From the NCBI GenBank assembly GCA_964016885.1, contig OZ024743.1:292392001-292456000 (forward strand): a DNA stretch of 64,000 nt, written 5' to 3'. Numbering within the stretch: position 1 is the stretch's first letter; every line of letters begins with the position of its first letter. Below the pieces are notes generated by a model, which worked only from the letters and a program-made list of their open reading frames with translations, was not told where the DNA came from and made no database searches. A program made the translations under genes and the position numbers. Positions 1 to 21,544 of this stretch are shown here, in pieces. Origin of the DNA: Eledone cirrhosa (taxonomy: Eukaryota).

Positions 1-1500
1 CTTGCCAGCAAAAAAATTTTAAATAATATAAATACACACGTTAGAAGTAAATCTAAATTACTCCAATGGATAAATAGCTCTTCCGTAGTACATTGGTTTA
101 ATAATATTAAAAACAAAAATAGTCCTAGATTCACCCAATTTGACACTGTAGATTTCTACCCATCTATCACTCAGACCCTTTTAGCGAAAGCTTTAAATTT
201 CGCTAGAAGGTTTACTAATATCTCCGATATTGAAGAGAATGTCATCTTGCACGCTAGAAACACTCTACTCTTTACTGATAATGACACTTGGGTAAAAATA
301 TCTAACCCAGAGAGCCCATTCGATGTCTCAATGGGCTCTTATGACAGTGCTGATGTTTGTGATTTGGTCGGCCTATTCCTCCTACATACACTTAAAGAAA
401 GAATTCCTAACCATATTTTTGGGCTTTATCGCGACGATGGTCTAATACTTTCCCATACCACCATAGGCCATAACTTAGATAGATTAAGGAAAGACTTAAT
501 AAAAACCTTCGCTAGTTTTAATCTTAAAATTACTATTGACACTAACCTTTCCAATGTAGATTTCCTAGATATAAACCTAAATTTGCCTACTGCCTCTTAT
601 AAACCATACCATAAACCTAATGAAAACTTAAAATATATAAATAAAGGCTCTTGCCATCCTCCTATAGTTTTTAAAAACCCTATCCCTAATATTAGCCGTA
701 GGATCTCCACCCTCTCTTCCTCAGAAGCTATTTTTAATAAGGCATCCACCTACTATAATAAAGCCTTCCAAAATAGCGGTTTTAGCGAACCGATTAAATA
801 CATACCCAACTATACTAACTCTATTAAACATAAAAGCAGGAAAAGAAAAGTAATCTGGTTCACACCCCCCTACTCTCTAGCAGTTAAAACTAATGTAGGC
901 AAAAAATTCCTAGAGCTCCTAGATAAACATTTCCCTAGAACACATAGATACTATAAGATCTTTAACAGAAACTGTGTCATAATTAGCTATTCCTGCGGTC
1001 CCCCTATTAAGTCCTATATCATCAACAAAAAATCACCCAGAGAAAATCAAAATTGCTCCTGTAGAATCAAAAGTAAATGCCCATTACAAGGTAAATGCAA
1101 CACCAAAGCCATTGTATATGCGGCTAAAGTGACAACCATCAGCAACAACCATCCAGCCACCAGTGAACGATATGTGGGTATGACGCAAGACAAATTCAAA
1201 ACGCGTTATTACTCACATGTCGCATCCTTTCCACATCCAGAAAAAAAGATTTACAACAGCTCTGGCTAGCAGAATTTGGGATTTGAAAGACCAAGGCATC
1301 CAATATAAATTGGATTGGTCAATTTTGAACCAAACTAAAGAATATACAAGAGGAACAAGAAAATGCACGCTCTGCATAAGTGAAAAATATTGGATCTTGC
1401 AGGCATAATCTTAAATCACCAAAGACCTGCCCGAACACAAAGACGGAAATTTTCACCAATTGCCCACACATAAAATCACACCTGCTTTCCAGCTCATATA
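1..1500 (+). pseudogene. PLE RT + GIY-YIG endonuclease, frameshifted near 1245
   Basis: Frame open 1-1269 with QFDTVDFYPSI, MGSYDSADVCDLVG, YRDDG, RKRKVIWFTPPYS, CSCRIKSKCPLQGKC, IVY..YVG; continues in a second frame as TTALASRIWDLK..KCTLCISEK. Confidence 0.9.
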
Positions 1501-2869
1501 AACTTAACACATTTTCAGATACTTATCCTCCATAAACTCTTATTATTCTCTTTATAACTACCCTTTCTGATTTACTTTCATTTTTATCCTTATTATTAAT
1601 TTCATTTTTATTTTTATTTTTTATTTTATATATTTTTTTAATTTTTACATCACATCCACCAATACCCCCCTCCTTTATTCTCCGATTCACTTACATAATA
1701 TCTTCACTTTCCACTGTTTACTTCCCTATTTTCTTCACTAACTGATTACAATAGTCACTTGCGTTTTCCACTCCAGATATTTTTTATTTTTATTTTTTAT
1801 TTTTTTGCAGCCTATCTTATAATTTTATATTTGTACTTACTTTTTTATACCCCGTATCTATGTGTCTGAACGCCTTAATGTGTGTACACTTTCTATATAT
1901 GTATACGAGCGCCTAAGTATGTGCGCGCGCGTGCGTGTATATATATATATATGTATGTGTATGTGTATGTGTCTTTATATCCGTGTTTTTACATCTGTGT
2001 TTTTTGTTTTTGTTTTTTTCTTCTTCCTTTTTTTTACATCCTCATTTTTATGCGTGTGCATACAAACGGGTCAATACGCGTGAGTGTAAGTATGTGTGTG
2101 TGTGTGTGTGTGTGTGTGTACGTATCGAATGTATGGATGTGTAAGTGTGCATGTGCATTTAAGCATGTATATTTTTGGTTTTTTTTGTGTGTGTGTGTGT
2201 GCGAGTGTGTATACAGTCGCGTGCGTGCGCGTGATTAGATATACATGGGGCGAGGCGTATATTCGTATTTACGTGTATCATGTGTATGTAGATGTACTTG
2301 CATACGCTTTTGTCTGCACGTTTTTTGCGTTTATATATATATATTTCTTATAGATATACGTTTCTTGTAGATATACGTGTGTGTGTATGCGTGTACCTTG
2401 TTAGTCTTCTTTTCTTTAATTTTTTCTTTCTAAATTATTGTTCCATGTTTATAAATATATCGAGAACGATACTTTCTTTTAATTATTACACTCCCTTACC
2501 TCTTTTACTTCCGCATATAAGTGTACGTGTGTGTGGGTGTGTTTATACGCGTGCCTTCATATTCTTATGATGTATCTATTACCCTATTTTTTCCGTGTAC
2601 CTGCCAAACAGAAAACCACATCATATCTGTCTGTAGTTTACAGACACACAGAAACATTTGCCCTAAAATATATATTTACGGACACTTTTTCACTATACGT
2701 ATACATTTGTGCATACACATATATGCACATCTGTGAGCGTATATACATACATATACACACACCTAACTATATTTTTTGAAAGATTTTTATATATTTCATA
2801 TAATTCATTTGTCTATATTTTTTTTGCTTTTCTTGATGAGACTTTCCAAGTATTTAGCCATGTTTTATA

Positions 2870-2945
2870 TTGCCTCGTCTGACGAACGAATGAAGACGTT
2901 TCGTTCGTATTCGCCTCATTCGGGAAACCTCTGGTAATGAGGTAA
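2870..2945 (+). ncRNA. Type I hammerhead ribozyme in PLE 3' pLTR
   Basis: Stem I ttgcctcgt/atgaggtaa, CTGACGA, stem II cgaatga..tcattcg, GAAA, stem III cc-tct-gg, GUA site. Confidence 0.8.
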
Positions 2946-2968
2946 TTATATTGTATTGATTTTTATAC

Positions 2969-3019
<51 letters not shown>

Positions 3020-3021
<2 letters not shown>

Positions 3022-3365
3022 AAACATAAATTATCGAGATTCGCATTTCGGCCTACGAAATAACGAAAAACAACCTCCGAGATGTGCGGCAAGTGCTCAA
3101 TGATTCAGAAGAACCAGAGCTATAACAACCGTTAAAGGCCAAACACACAGAGACGATGGTTAAACAATCATTCGCATAGCCAAAAAAACGATCAAGTAAT
3201 TCGGGTATTGAAAATTTACCCGAACCCCTGGAAGGTTGGTAAAATCCAGTATATGGGTTTCTGCGGCTCCTAAATCAAGTACCGTCCGCTTACATATATA
3301 ATATCAGGCTTCTGGTAAGATGATTAAACAAGGAAGCCACTTTCTCAACAGGTTTTAGTTCAATG
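3020..3365 (+). repeat. Diverged repeat fragment homologous to the reverse complement of ~6390-6745 (probable PLE 5' region)
   Basis: Collinear shared blocks: ttcg(c/t)atttcggc, ggcaag(t/c)gctc, taaaggcca, atttacccg, aatccagta, tttctgcg..cctaaatcaa, tttctcaacagg. Confidence 0.55.
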
Positions 3366-3408
3366 TTAATACAAGGACTGACTATTATATATATATATAT
3401 ATATATAT

Positions 3409-3478
<70 letters not shown>

Positions 3479-3499
3479 ATAAAAAGGACGATTGATTAT

Positions 3500-10664
<7,165 letters not shown>

Positions 10665-13366
10665 GCTTTTAACAAACGCACGCAATTGCCGGCGCAGGTC
10701 GATGAACAAACAGAAGCACAATTTAGTATAGCTAGATCTAAACTTAGAAATATTATAGAACAGTATAGCAAGAAGCATAATAGAATAGATGCCCAGCAAC
10801 TGGGAGAAAAATCTGCAAATGGCTTGCGTAAGCTCATGCAGCGCTCGCTTAATGGAGAGATAGCATGCTTTCCAACAGACAAGTCTGGCAGAATGTCGGT
10901 TGACAGTCTGCCAAACTACATCCAGGCAATGCAACCCCACATCACTAACACAAGAGGAGTAACACCACAAGAGCATGAGGATAGGGAAAAAGCCCTCAAT
11001 GCCCATATGATGATGTGGACAAATATAATGCAGTCCAACAAAAGGACTGCCAAGAACTTCCAGGCCTAGAACAATGACGTGCCAGCGTTGTATGGGCTAC
11101 GAAAAGACCATACAAAGGGCAGTGACCCTGTCACAGGACCACCAACACGGCCAGTCTGTGGTACTAACATTGCTAGTAACTACAGACTTTCCTACTTCCT
11201 CTCCCTGATCATACGCCCCATCATTGAAATGTCCCCAGATGTATGTGACAGCACGGAGGACATCCCCAGCAGAATCGGCAAGAGTAACCGATCGAGGGAC
11301 CTAACAAACTGCATAATAGGGAGTATGGATGTTGTGTCCCAGTATCCATCTATTGACGTGGATTTTGCTGGGGAGAAATGCGTAGAAATGATCAGTGAGA
11401 GCAATGTTGAATTCCGTGGGATTGATACCAGTGAGCTGGGACTCCTACTTAAACTTACCTATAGTAATAATTATCTAGATACATATGGCCTTAGCAACCC
11501 GTGCCCTACAAGACCAGCAAGAGGCAGACCACCTAACATTACCTCAATAGCCAAGAAAACCCACACAGATAGATGGAACGGGTGGACCAGAGCCATACGG
11601 ACCCCCGAAAACCACGGTGAAATAATGAAAGTGATTGCACATGCGGAGGGGGCCAGCATAAAATTAACCCTTAAGGAAGATATGTTCAAATTTAATGGAA
11701 AAACATATGCCGAAGAGGAGGGAGCAGCCATTTGTGTTAGCATTGCAGCCGACATAGCTAACCTATTCATGGTATGGTGGGACAGTAGAATTAAACTTAA
11801 ACTTAAAGAACAATTAGAAGACCCCTTAACCCTGATAATGTACTCCCGCTTCGTTGATGATTTAAACATCGTAGTGAAAACAGAGAACAGTCAGGAATTA
11901 GAGAAAAACCACAATGGAAAGCATCCAGCAAATAGCTAACTCCATCCACCAGAGTATTAGAGTTACTATAGACTACCCAAGCAAACACCCCAACCATCGA
12001 TTACCCGTACTAGACACAGAACTCTGGTTAGATACCATTAATAACAAAAAACAAATCCACCATTCCCATTATGCCAAACCCAAGACTTCCAAATATCTGA
12101 TCCACCGTAATTCAGCTGTTTCGGACCATACCAAAATCAACATACTGATTGCGGATTTGGTACGGATGATGAGAAACGTGTCCCGCATGTTCAACCCTAA
12201 AGAACTAGAGAGACACATACAACACTTCATCCACCGTATGCAGTTCTCTGGTTACAATCATAGAGATAAAAATCAGAGTATATAGAGGAGCCAGAACCAA
12301 ATGGGAAAAAATGGTAAATAATGACACAAATGGAACCTGCCCCTTGTATAGGAGCAAATTTTGGAATAGAATAGAAAGAACTCGGAATAAGGCTAATAGA
12401 ATAAACTCATGGTATGATAGCAATAAATACCAGAGTGTAATCTTCATCGATACAAACCCTAGAGGTGAATTAGTTTACAAATTTAGAAGGGCCCTAGATA
12501 AACATAAACTCAATATTAAGATAGTAGAAAGACCAAGTACCTCCATAAAAACACTTATTAGTCATACATACCCTTTTCAAAGACCTCCCTGTATAGATAA
12601 TAAATGTATAATCTGTAAATTAAGCCCCCATATTAACTGTAAAACTAGAAATGTAGTATATAGCATAAGATGTACTGAAGGACAATGTAGAGATAAAAAT
12701 ATAGTATACATAGGTGAGACAGCTCGTAGTATAGGGGAACGGATAAATGAACACTGGCGAGCACTTCAAGATAGTAAAGAATCATCTGTACTCTACCAAC
12801 ATGCTAAAATAGAACATAAGGGTAAATTAGAGAAAATAGAAATAAAAATAGAATCTACACACAGAAAAGACGAAATGTTTAGACAAATCACAGAGGCAAT
12901 AGACATAAATGAACTCCAACCAAAATTAAATAGAAAACATGAATGGAACACAACATCACAACTCACGACTAAGGACAAAATGAAAACACACACGCACATG
13001 GAACAAACAAGCAACCAGTAACATATAAATAAACAAATAAATATACCAATATAAACACACACAGACACCCGGATGTAACACATGCGCAAACTAAGCACAC
13101 AACACACACAGAAAAACAAGATGGCGTAGGACAGAACAAAGGAGAGGCAGAAAAACAAAGAAAAGAATCCCCAGTCACTGAAGATGTCACAGAATGTGAG
13201 ATGAAAGAACTTTGACAATATATAAACAATCATCTGGTTGCGGAACCAACCAACCAACCGGAAATTTATAAATTCCTAAATTTATAAATTTATTATAATA
13301 AATTGAAGTGAAAGCAACTGGTGCGTGTGTTTCTTATTGGCAACATGACCCTCCCAAAGTATAACA

Positions 13367-13368
<2 letters not shown>
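10665..13368 (+). mobile_element. PLE lineage B, inverted partner copy
   Basis: ORFs 10686-11069, 11079-11939, 11914-12285 and 12311-13021 join into RT (PTDKSG, SMDVVSQYPSID, SRFVDD) plus GIY-YIG (RNVVYSIRC..YIGETARS); reverse complement of 6915-9569. Confidence 0.93.
13173..13217 (+). ncRNA. Lineage B pLTR minimal hammerhead (partly decayed)
   Basis: gtca-CTGAAGA-t-gtcaca..GAAA-gaac-TT-tgac. Confidence 0.6.
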
Positions 13369-13438
<70 letters not shown>

Positions 13439-15559
13439 AGAGAGACAGAGAAAGAGACATACATATATGTATACATGCATACACACACTGTGATTATCAG
13501 CTGTCCAAAAGTGTCATAATGGTAATATTTCCCAATGCAACATGATTTTGTTGTTACACCAATATACAATGTCATTCGGAGAAAATATTACCCTAGTATA
13601 AATAGTGGGAATACCTCTGTTATTGAATATATACATATCAACGTAATCAATATTCGTGAAACATCCCATTTAAAACATCTGTGAATTGCAAACATGGTAG
13701 TTCTGAGTGAGTAGCCTGGAAGAGAAAAAGTAAAATCATATACCTATACTCCACTGTCGTCGTGATCATTATTTCCAAAATTTGTGAGAAAGTGAAGATA
13801 TACGGACAACTATGACTAAACCTTCCGCTTCCATGCCAAGTTTAGCATTTTTACTTAAATCGATAATTATTGGTGTAATTTGCTACGTTAATTTGCTCCT
13901 GTATCGATTTAGAGAAATTTGATTTTCAGGCAAAGAAATTGCTCGGCTAAGACTTTTACAAATATAATATTTTAGTGAAGTAATAACAATGCAACGTGTG
14001 TTGGACGCCATGTGGTTTCGACAAAGAAATGGCCTGTATACTTTATGATCAATGTCTCTTCTGGTTTCAATGTATTTTTTCCTTGTGAAATAATAAGTTA
14101 TTCTAATATTGGTGTTCCAATGATTTGAAATACTTAATATTTCATCGTTCATTCTTGAAGCCATGTTAAGGTGATGGTTATATGAGTTAGACTAACTTAT
14201 TTTAGTCTGACTTATACTCCCCTAAATTGAGGTTTTAGCATAATATGTTAAACTAATATGTTAAGTTGCTTCGATATGTGATATCTTATCGGCATATTTT
14301 ATCCATTCATTGAAATGTCTAAGTATTAGAGACAGAATCTTGAATTGTACTGGAATTCCCTGCCACTTTTATATATTCGTAAATATGGTAAATATCCCTT
14401 CTTTTATACAGTTGTTATTGAAGACGACTACTTTCGGGTTTCAATTTCTTTGTTAGAATCTGATACTTTATCATATAGCTTCTAAGTTCATTTGAAAAAA
14501 AAAAAAATTCCTCAATCCATCCATTTTATCAACGTTTCCAGACGTTCACAGACCCTTCAACTGGAGTGCTATCTGTCTATTTTTATTGCCTCCTGTGTTA
14601 TATGCTATGTATTTTATGAAATTATATGCAATTCTTATTTCGCCATTACTCTATGTCTTTCCTACTAGAATTTAAATCTTAAATGTGATCGTTAGTCTCA
14701 AACGTCACTGACCAGGTATCCAGGACCTGTGTGTATTGTTTGTATGGCTGGAATTATGCTGGATATTTATTTCAGCAGGAAGTTCTGGTGTAATTATTGC
14801 TTCCGTGCTTACTCACATTTTTGTTTTTGATATTCTGTATAATATAGAAGGACTACCTGTTATGTTACCCTTTCTGTCTTTGTTTTGTGGTGAAGGGTGG
14901 AGTTGTGTTACAATTGCGCGTTATTGTAAAGCATGTGCAGTCTGCATGAATGTGTTTTACTTGTAAAATTTCCTGTCGCGAATTTAACAACTTCCATTTT
15001 TGCAGGTAAATTTATAAATCTCATTGGACATTAGCAGCTTGTTCTCGATATTGTATTATTGTACACAAATTATAATAACATTGATCTACTTCAAGCTATG
15101 ACAGAAGAGAAGAACAATCCTATTCCGATAACATCTAGCAGTGTAAAAGTCATAAGTCTATTACTAATCTTTGTGTGACCGAGAGCAAGGCTCCTTGAAT
15201 CTTCAACTATCAGTCGAGTCTCAACAAGGAGCTTAAGTACACAATGTTTTCTTTGTGATATGTAATTTTTTTCTAAGGGGGCAATGTGTAATGAGATGTG
15301 TATTTGTTTAAGATACCTGTCAGTTTTAGTGGTAACGAGCCTTATGACAAATGGAATTATTTGATGTTGTTATATCATATTGGCCACATTCGTGTACATT
15401 CGATGTCTACGTCAGTATATTCTGTTACTTTTTCAATTTCGTCAATGGCTAATCTGTGGACTCCTACGATGTTATCACCAATAATCTGCCATCCATGTAT
15501 TTTTCTGAAGCATTACTATAATATCATGTATTGAATGGCCAGTAAGGGTACACACCGAA

Positions 15560-16790
15560 CATAACATGTTTTCTATAATGTTTTTTATTCACATGAACAA
15601 CAACACTAACAATAAGAACAGCAAAAATGAAGGTGAAAACAACAACGATAACACCATTAACAACAACGACAACACCAAAAACATTAACATCACCAACAAC
15701 AATGTTACTAGCAACACAGACAACAAAAACTCTTTGATTGCTGCTGCAGCAAAAAAGGCCATGCTTTAGCATAGACCAAAAAGAGAAGCATTTGGCCCAG
15801 GCATGGAAGCTCATTAAACAAGAGCAAAACTGGGCCAACTTAACCATCCCGGTAATGAGTAGAGAAGCGGTGGAAAGGAGAACGGTGGCCTTTAGACGGT
15901 GGCATTTCAGTGCAGACAAAAAAAGCGGCGAACACTCCCAGAGCTGAAATTGTAGCTACGCTGAGATCGCGGAGATGACACCGAGTATATAGTGAGGGGC
16001 AGACAATACGGCACCATTTCGGTGCTGTTTAAGTGAAACACTTGGTGACCATTTGCAGAACCAGCAAGGTAATTTTTTACCCCTACTACATGTCAAAATG
16101 AACTGTAAGAATCCGCATTCCCAGTATTTTGGTCACAGCGATGCTTGATTGTGGATGGGACGATCAAAGCGACTAGAACAGCAAGGAAGGATTGGTATGT
16201 GGATGACCTGAAGATTAAGCCTGAGAACCTGAGAAAATTCCCGGACCACATCTGTCTCCAAAATGGGAGGGCTCTGCAGGAAATGACTGAGGTAAATGAC
16301 CGCACTTCGTCTGTGGCAAAACAACATATTTGCTAGCCTTCTGCCCTCATCTAAAACATGAAAGGGATCGTAAACCCCCACAGTTGCCGATACTGGGGCG
16401 GGGACTCCTACCAACACCACCAGCAGCAAGACGAAAAACAACCACAACAAACAAGAACAAAAAACACAAACATCTGATATCGTAGACAACGCACCCACAA
16501 CAAACACGAACACATCCAAAACAACACCATCTCAATCACAATGTCATTCGACACCTACAAAGGGATTGGTGAGGTAAGTAAACCTTTTTTCTCTCTTTTA
16601 GCCTGCCAGCATGGCCATCCTAAGAGTAGGATGTTTAAATGTTCGTGGCTTGAGTCGTCCTAGAAGCAAGAGCACCTGCTAAACGACCTCAGGACACCTG
16701 ATATGTATGTGGCTGCCTTTACCGAGACCAGGAATTCCGACACTCGGGCATTAGTCCCCATTTTCGACAATAATCGCATATTCGCATCTC
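15560..16790 (+). mobile_element. L1/Tx1-type LINE 5' fragment: ORF1 remnant and start of ORF2 AP-endonuclease
   Basis: Degenerate zinc knuckle HFVCGKTTYLLAFCP at ~16302-16347; ATG at 16611 gives MAILRVGCLNVRGL..EHLLNDL..VAAFTETR (APE N-terminus). Confidence 0.7.
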
Positions 16791-17501
16791 TTAGTAATAT
16801 TATAATAAACATTTAAAATAACGTTACATCCAACCGCCATACACTTCTCTCACAATAATATATATATATCTTGATCATCATCGCTTTTTAGCTGTTTTTT
16901 TTTAAACCTTTGCACTTAGTATAGTGATTTTATGTATTAGATGTTCCTAATGTTATTATGTGTGAACTATTATTAACCGTATTAATAAACTCCGAAGAAT
17001 CTTGTTCGGAATTACAAATCAGATGTTACATTATAACTCACTGTACGTATCTCTACACAAGTAGAAAAGTTTGTAAGTTTAAAAATGCTTTAAATCTTTG
17101 GTGTTATTTAAACTTTTAATGTATAACAGCTCCGCATGACCCCACTGCATTAAGCTATAAATCACCCTGTAAATAAGTATAACTGCTGCTATTAATATTA
17201 TAACTATCATTAATACTACTATTATATATATATATATATATGCGTGTGTGTGTGTGTATAGGCGATTGATTTAACATTACAGAGGATCACACGTTTAAAC
17301 TGAGTGTATATACAAAGAGAAATGTAATAAGAAATTCCAATAACGTCATTATATATTTTTATATACATCTTTTATACTTAAGACATGCGCAGGTTTGTGC
17401 CTGTATATATGTATATATATATATTCTAATGCTTACCTCTTGTTAACTGACATTGCGCATCAAATTTTATCTGTATTTCTTTTTATCTATGTATTCAACT
17501 A

Positions 17502-17566
<65 letters not shown>

Positions 17567-18407
17567 ATACATATATAGGAAGATAGATAGCTTATTTGTA
17601 GATATATTCCACTATTAACCGGATATATATACAAAGATCAGACAAGGTGGAATGTCTCATTTCATCAAACATAATTTTCATAAAGTTTTCTCATTATTAG
17701 TCTATCATATATTTACTATATTAAATATTTATATGTCAGCATTGGAACCCGTTTATCGGATGTTGTTCAATATAGTTCTTTTTCATTTAATTTATTATAT
17801 TATTTTGATGGCCTGGGTATTTTTTTTTGTTGTTGTTGTTTTTTTGATTTATTATCTGTATTTATTTTGTTTGATTTTGTTTTTATGTTACATTTATTTT
17901 TTCCTTTTCGGCATTTCGTTAAGCAGTTTGCATTTGGTTATTGACAACCACTAGCATTACTATCGTTAAAGCTGGAGAGTGGCCAAGGGGCATTAAGAAT
18001 GAATTAACTCAGAGGACGAGTGGACATGATGTCAACATAAGTATGTGATGACGCAGATGTAGTTGTTATTATATATTCATTGTGGTGTTATTTGCTAACG
18101 AATAAACTTTGATTGAAGTTTTGTTTAATTTGCTAATGGTTATATAGATTTGGAATATAGGAAAAGTTGATTAGGTAGTGATATAGACAGCTAGCCGAAC
18201 CAAGCTCAGAAGTCGGTTTTTCGGATATAGGCAACCAAACATGTCAGTTAACTACGATATGGAGTCAGAATAGAGGTCGGTTTGCTGTTATAGGCAACGA
18301 GCAGTAACATTTGTCTTTCCCTCATCGACACCTAAATCTTAAGTCACCCAGTCCAACGAAGATAGGGCTTTTAGTCATCACGCAGAATACTACAAATAAC
18401 GGCAATG

Positions 18408-18453
<46 letters not shown>

Positions 18454-18461
18454 GACACGCG

Positions 18462-18601
<140 letters not shown>

Positions 18602-18921
18602 AATATATATAGTTAGATATCTTTATTATATATTATATATAGTCATTTATATAGTAATTGGAATAGAATGAAACGAAATTACAATTCTCACTATTAGTAC
18701 GGCACTTACTTAAATGTAAGTATGTATGTATGTATACGTACATACATATATGTATACAGACGTACAGTAGTATGTATATATATACATACATGCACGTATC
18801 GGTTTACCGAACATTTATTATAATGCTCGGTTTGTTTCATTGTAAACAAACAAACAGCCCGAATTACGCCGTACAGTGTTTAGGCAACCACGTCGCCTTT
18901 TTGTTCAACACTGACACAGGA

Positions 18922-18964
18922 ACTATGTACTAGTTTCAAGCTTATTAGCTATCGTCAGCATCGT
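18922..18964 (-). ncRNA. Minimal type I hammerhead ribozyme
   Basis: acgatg-CTGACGA-t-agct-aata-agct-t-GAAA-ctag-TA-catagt. Confidence 0.8.
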
Positions 18965-19665
18965 ATACCTTCTTGCCAGATGGTTGAACGTCTGAAATTA
19001 TATATTTTCCTTATGCATATTAACGGCTGAGCAGCCTAATTTGCATATCGAGTGAGTTCAGTCGGCCGGGCACATCGAAAACGATAAATAGAATAGAATG
19101 AAACGAAATTTCATTTCTCACTCTTAGGAGGGCACTTACTTAAATGTAAGTATGTATGTATGTATACGTACAAACATATATGTATACAGACATACAGTAG
19201 TATGTATATATATACATACATGCACACATATATATATATGTATATATGGATATATGCATGTATGTATATATATACAGACTACTGTACGTCTGTATACATA
19301 TATGTATACAGTCGTACGGCGTAGTTCGGGCTGTTTGTTTGTTTACAAGCAAACAAACCGAACATTATAATAAATGTTCGGTAAACCGATACGTGCATAT
19401 ATATATGTGTGCATGTATGTATATATATACATACTACTGTACGTCTGTATACATATATGTACGTTTACATACATACATACTTACATTTAAGTAAGTGCCG
19501 TACTAAGAGTGAGAAATGAAATTTCGTTTCATTCTATTCCATTTATCGTTTTCGGTGCGTCCAGCCGACTGAACTCACTCGATATGCAAATTAGGCTGCT
19601 CAGCCGTTAATATGCATAAGGAAAGTATATACTTTCAGACGTTCAACCATCTGGCAGGAAGGTAT

Positions 19666-19708
19666 ACGATGCAGACGATAGCTAATAAGCTTGAAACTAG
19701 CACATAGT
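19666..19708 (+). ncRNA. Hammerhead copy with mutated core
   Basis: Same motif with CAGACGA and a GCA site. Confidence 0.6.
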
Positions 19709-19960
19709 TCCTGTGTCAGTGCTGAACAAAAAGGCGACGTGGTTGCCTAAACATTGTACGGCGTAATTCGGGCTGTTTGTTTGTTTACAAAGAAACAAAC
19801 CGAGCATTATAATAAATGTTCGGGAAACCGATACGTGCATGTATGTATATATATACATACTACTGCACGTCTGTATACATATATGTATGTACGTATACAT
19901 CCATACATACTTACATATATAGTAATTTATATATAGTAATTCGTATGAAATCTTTAGGAA

Positions 19961-20008
19961 CATTCGTAATGATTTCATACGAATGAAACAGTTCTAGTTC
20001 TGTAGAAG
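19961..20008 (+). ncRNA. Decayed hammerhead, homologue of 62681-62731
   Basis: ttc-GTAATGA-tttcatacgaat-GAAA-cagttctagttctg-TA-gaa. Confidence 0.5.
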
Positions 20009-20014
20009 TCAATG

Positions 20015-20092
<78 letters not shown>

Positions 20093-20339
20093 AAAATGCC
20101 TATACTCTACCAAAGTAACGAATACTATTTTCACTGTGGTTACCTACACCCACCCACCCCAACATTACTTGAGGATGTACATATGCACGCAAACACACAC
20201 ACACACGCGCGCATGCATGGTGTGTGTGAGTATGTGTTATGAATGTATACAAATATGTATACATAAACATATATAAACACTTATAAATGTTTATGTATAC
20301 ATAATTGTATACAATCAGAACACCACCACACCTGCCCAC

Positions 20340-20390
<51 letters not shown>

Positions 20391-20406
20391 TATAATATAT
20401 ATATAT

Positions 20407-20450
<44 letters not shown>

Positions 20451-20517
20451 CTCAAATTTACACGGGAACAAAACACAGAGGCAGACAAATAATATATACA
20501 TAATATATATATAATAT

Positions 20518-20552
<35 letters not shown>

Positions 20553-20576
20553 TATAAATATATATATATAAATATA

Positions 20577-20957
<381 letters not shown>

Positions 20958-21384
20958 TTGGGTTTGTTGGTTCACCACCGGATATAACTCGTCATTCTGT
21001 GTGGCCAGCTGCGATGTAATTTTGCATTACCTGTTCATGTCACCGGATTCATACTGAACCAGGTCATTGAAATGATCATAATAAAATAAACATTTCAAGG
21101 ATTTACACCAGAACATGCCTCCTGTTATTTTGTAATAATTAACTCCGTACTCGCACCACCTAGCAAGCAGGACCTAGCGATCCGAAGCTCTTCATGTCAG
21201 TAGTTTAACCCAGGTAGGTGATAATGAGTGAAGGAGTATTCATTTATCAAATAATGGTAGTTAAGACGAGATTAATTCTCCATAATTGTTTATTGCATGA
21301 TATATATTTCTGTTACACTGTTATTTATCAGACGAAGTCATATATATATATCATGCAATAAACAATTATGGTGAATTATTCCTG

Positions 21385-21532
21385 CATTGCTTTGCAGCAA
21401 AGAGTTACGCCCTTTAAGGTCTAAGTTCAAATCCCGCCGAGGTTAACTTTGCCTTTCATCCTTACGTGTTCGATAAAATAAAGTACCAGTGGTACACTGG
21501 GATAATTACTGGCCTTGTGCCAGAAGTAGAAA
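21385..21532 (+). mobile_element. tRNA-derived SINE, 5'-truncated
   Basis: gttcaaatcccgccgaggttaactttgcctttcatcc..ggccttgtgcc..gtagaaa. Confidence 0.85.
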
Positions 21533-21544
21533 TATATATATATA

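Larger units (their letters stand above)
1..2960 (+). mobile_element. Penelope-like element, lineage A (CxCx5Cx5C linker; Hydra-clade-like by inference), cut by window start
   Basis: RT and GIY-YIG coding region 1-~1500, then a microsatellite-rich 3' region, an HHR at 2870-2945 and a (TA)n tract from ~2970. Confidence 0.9.
18655..19920. mobile_element. ORF-less ~430-bp HHR-bearing repeat in partial tandem and inverted arrangement (retrozyme-like / non-autonomous PLE)
   Basis: Unit start gaatagaatgaaacgaaattt at ~18661 and ~19091; reverse-complement copies at ~19250-19920; homologue at 44641-45220. Confidence 0.8.
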
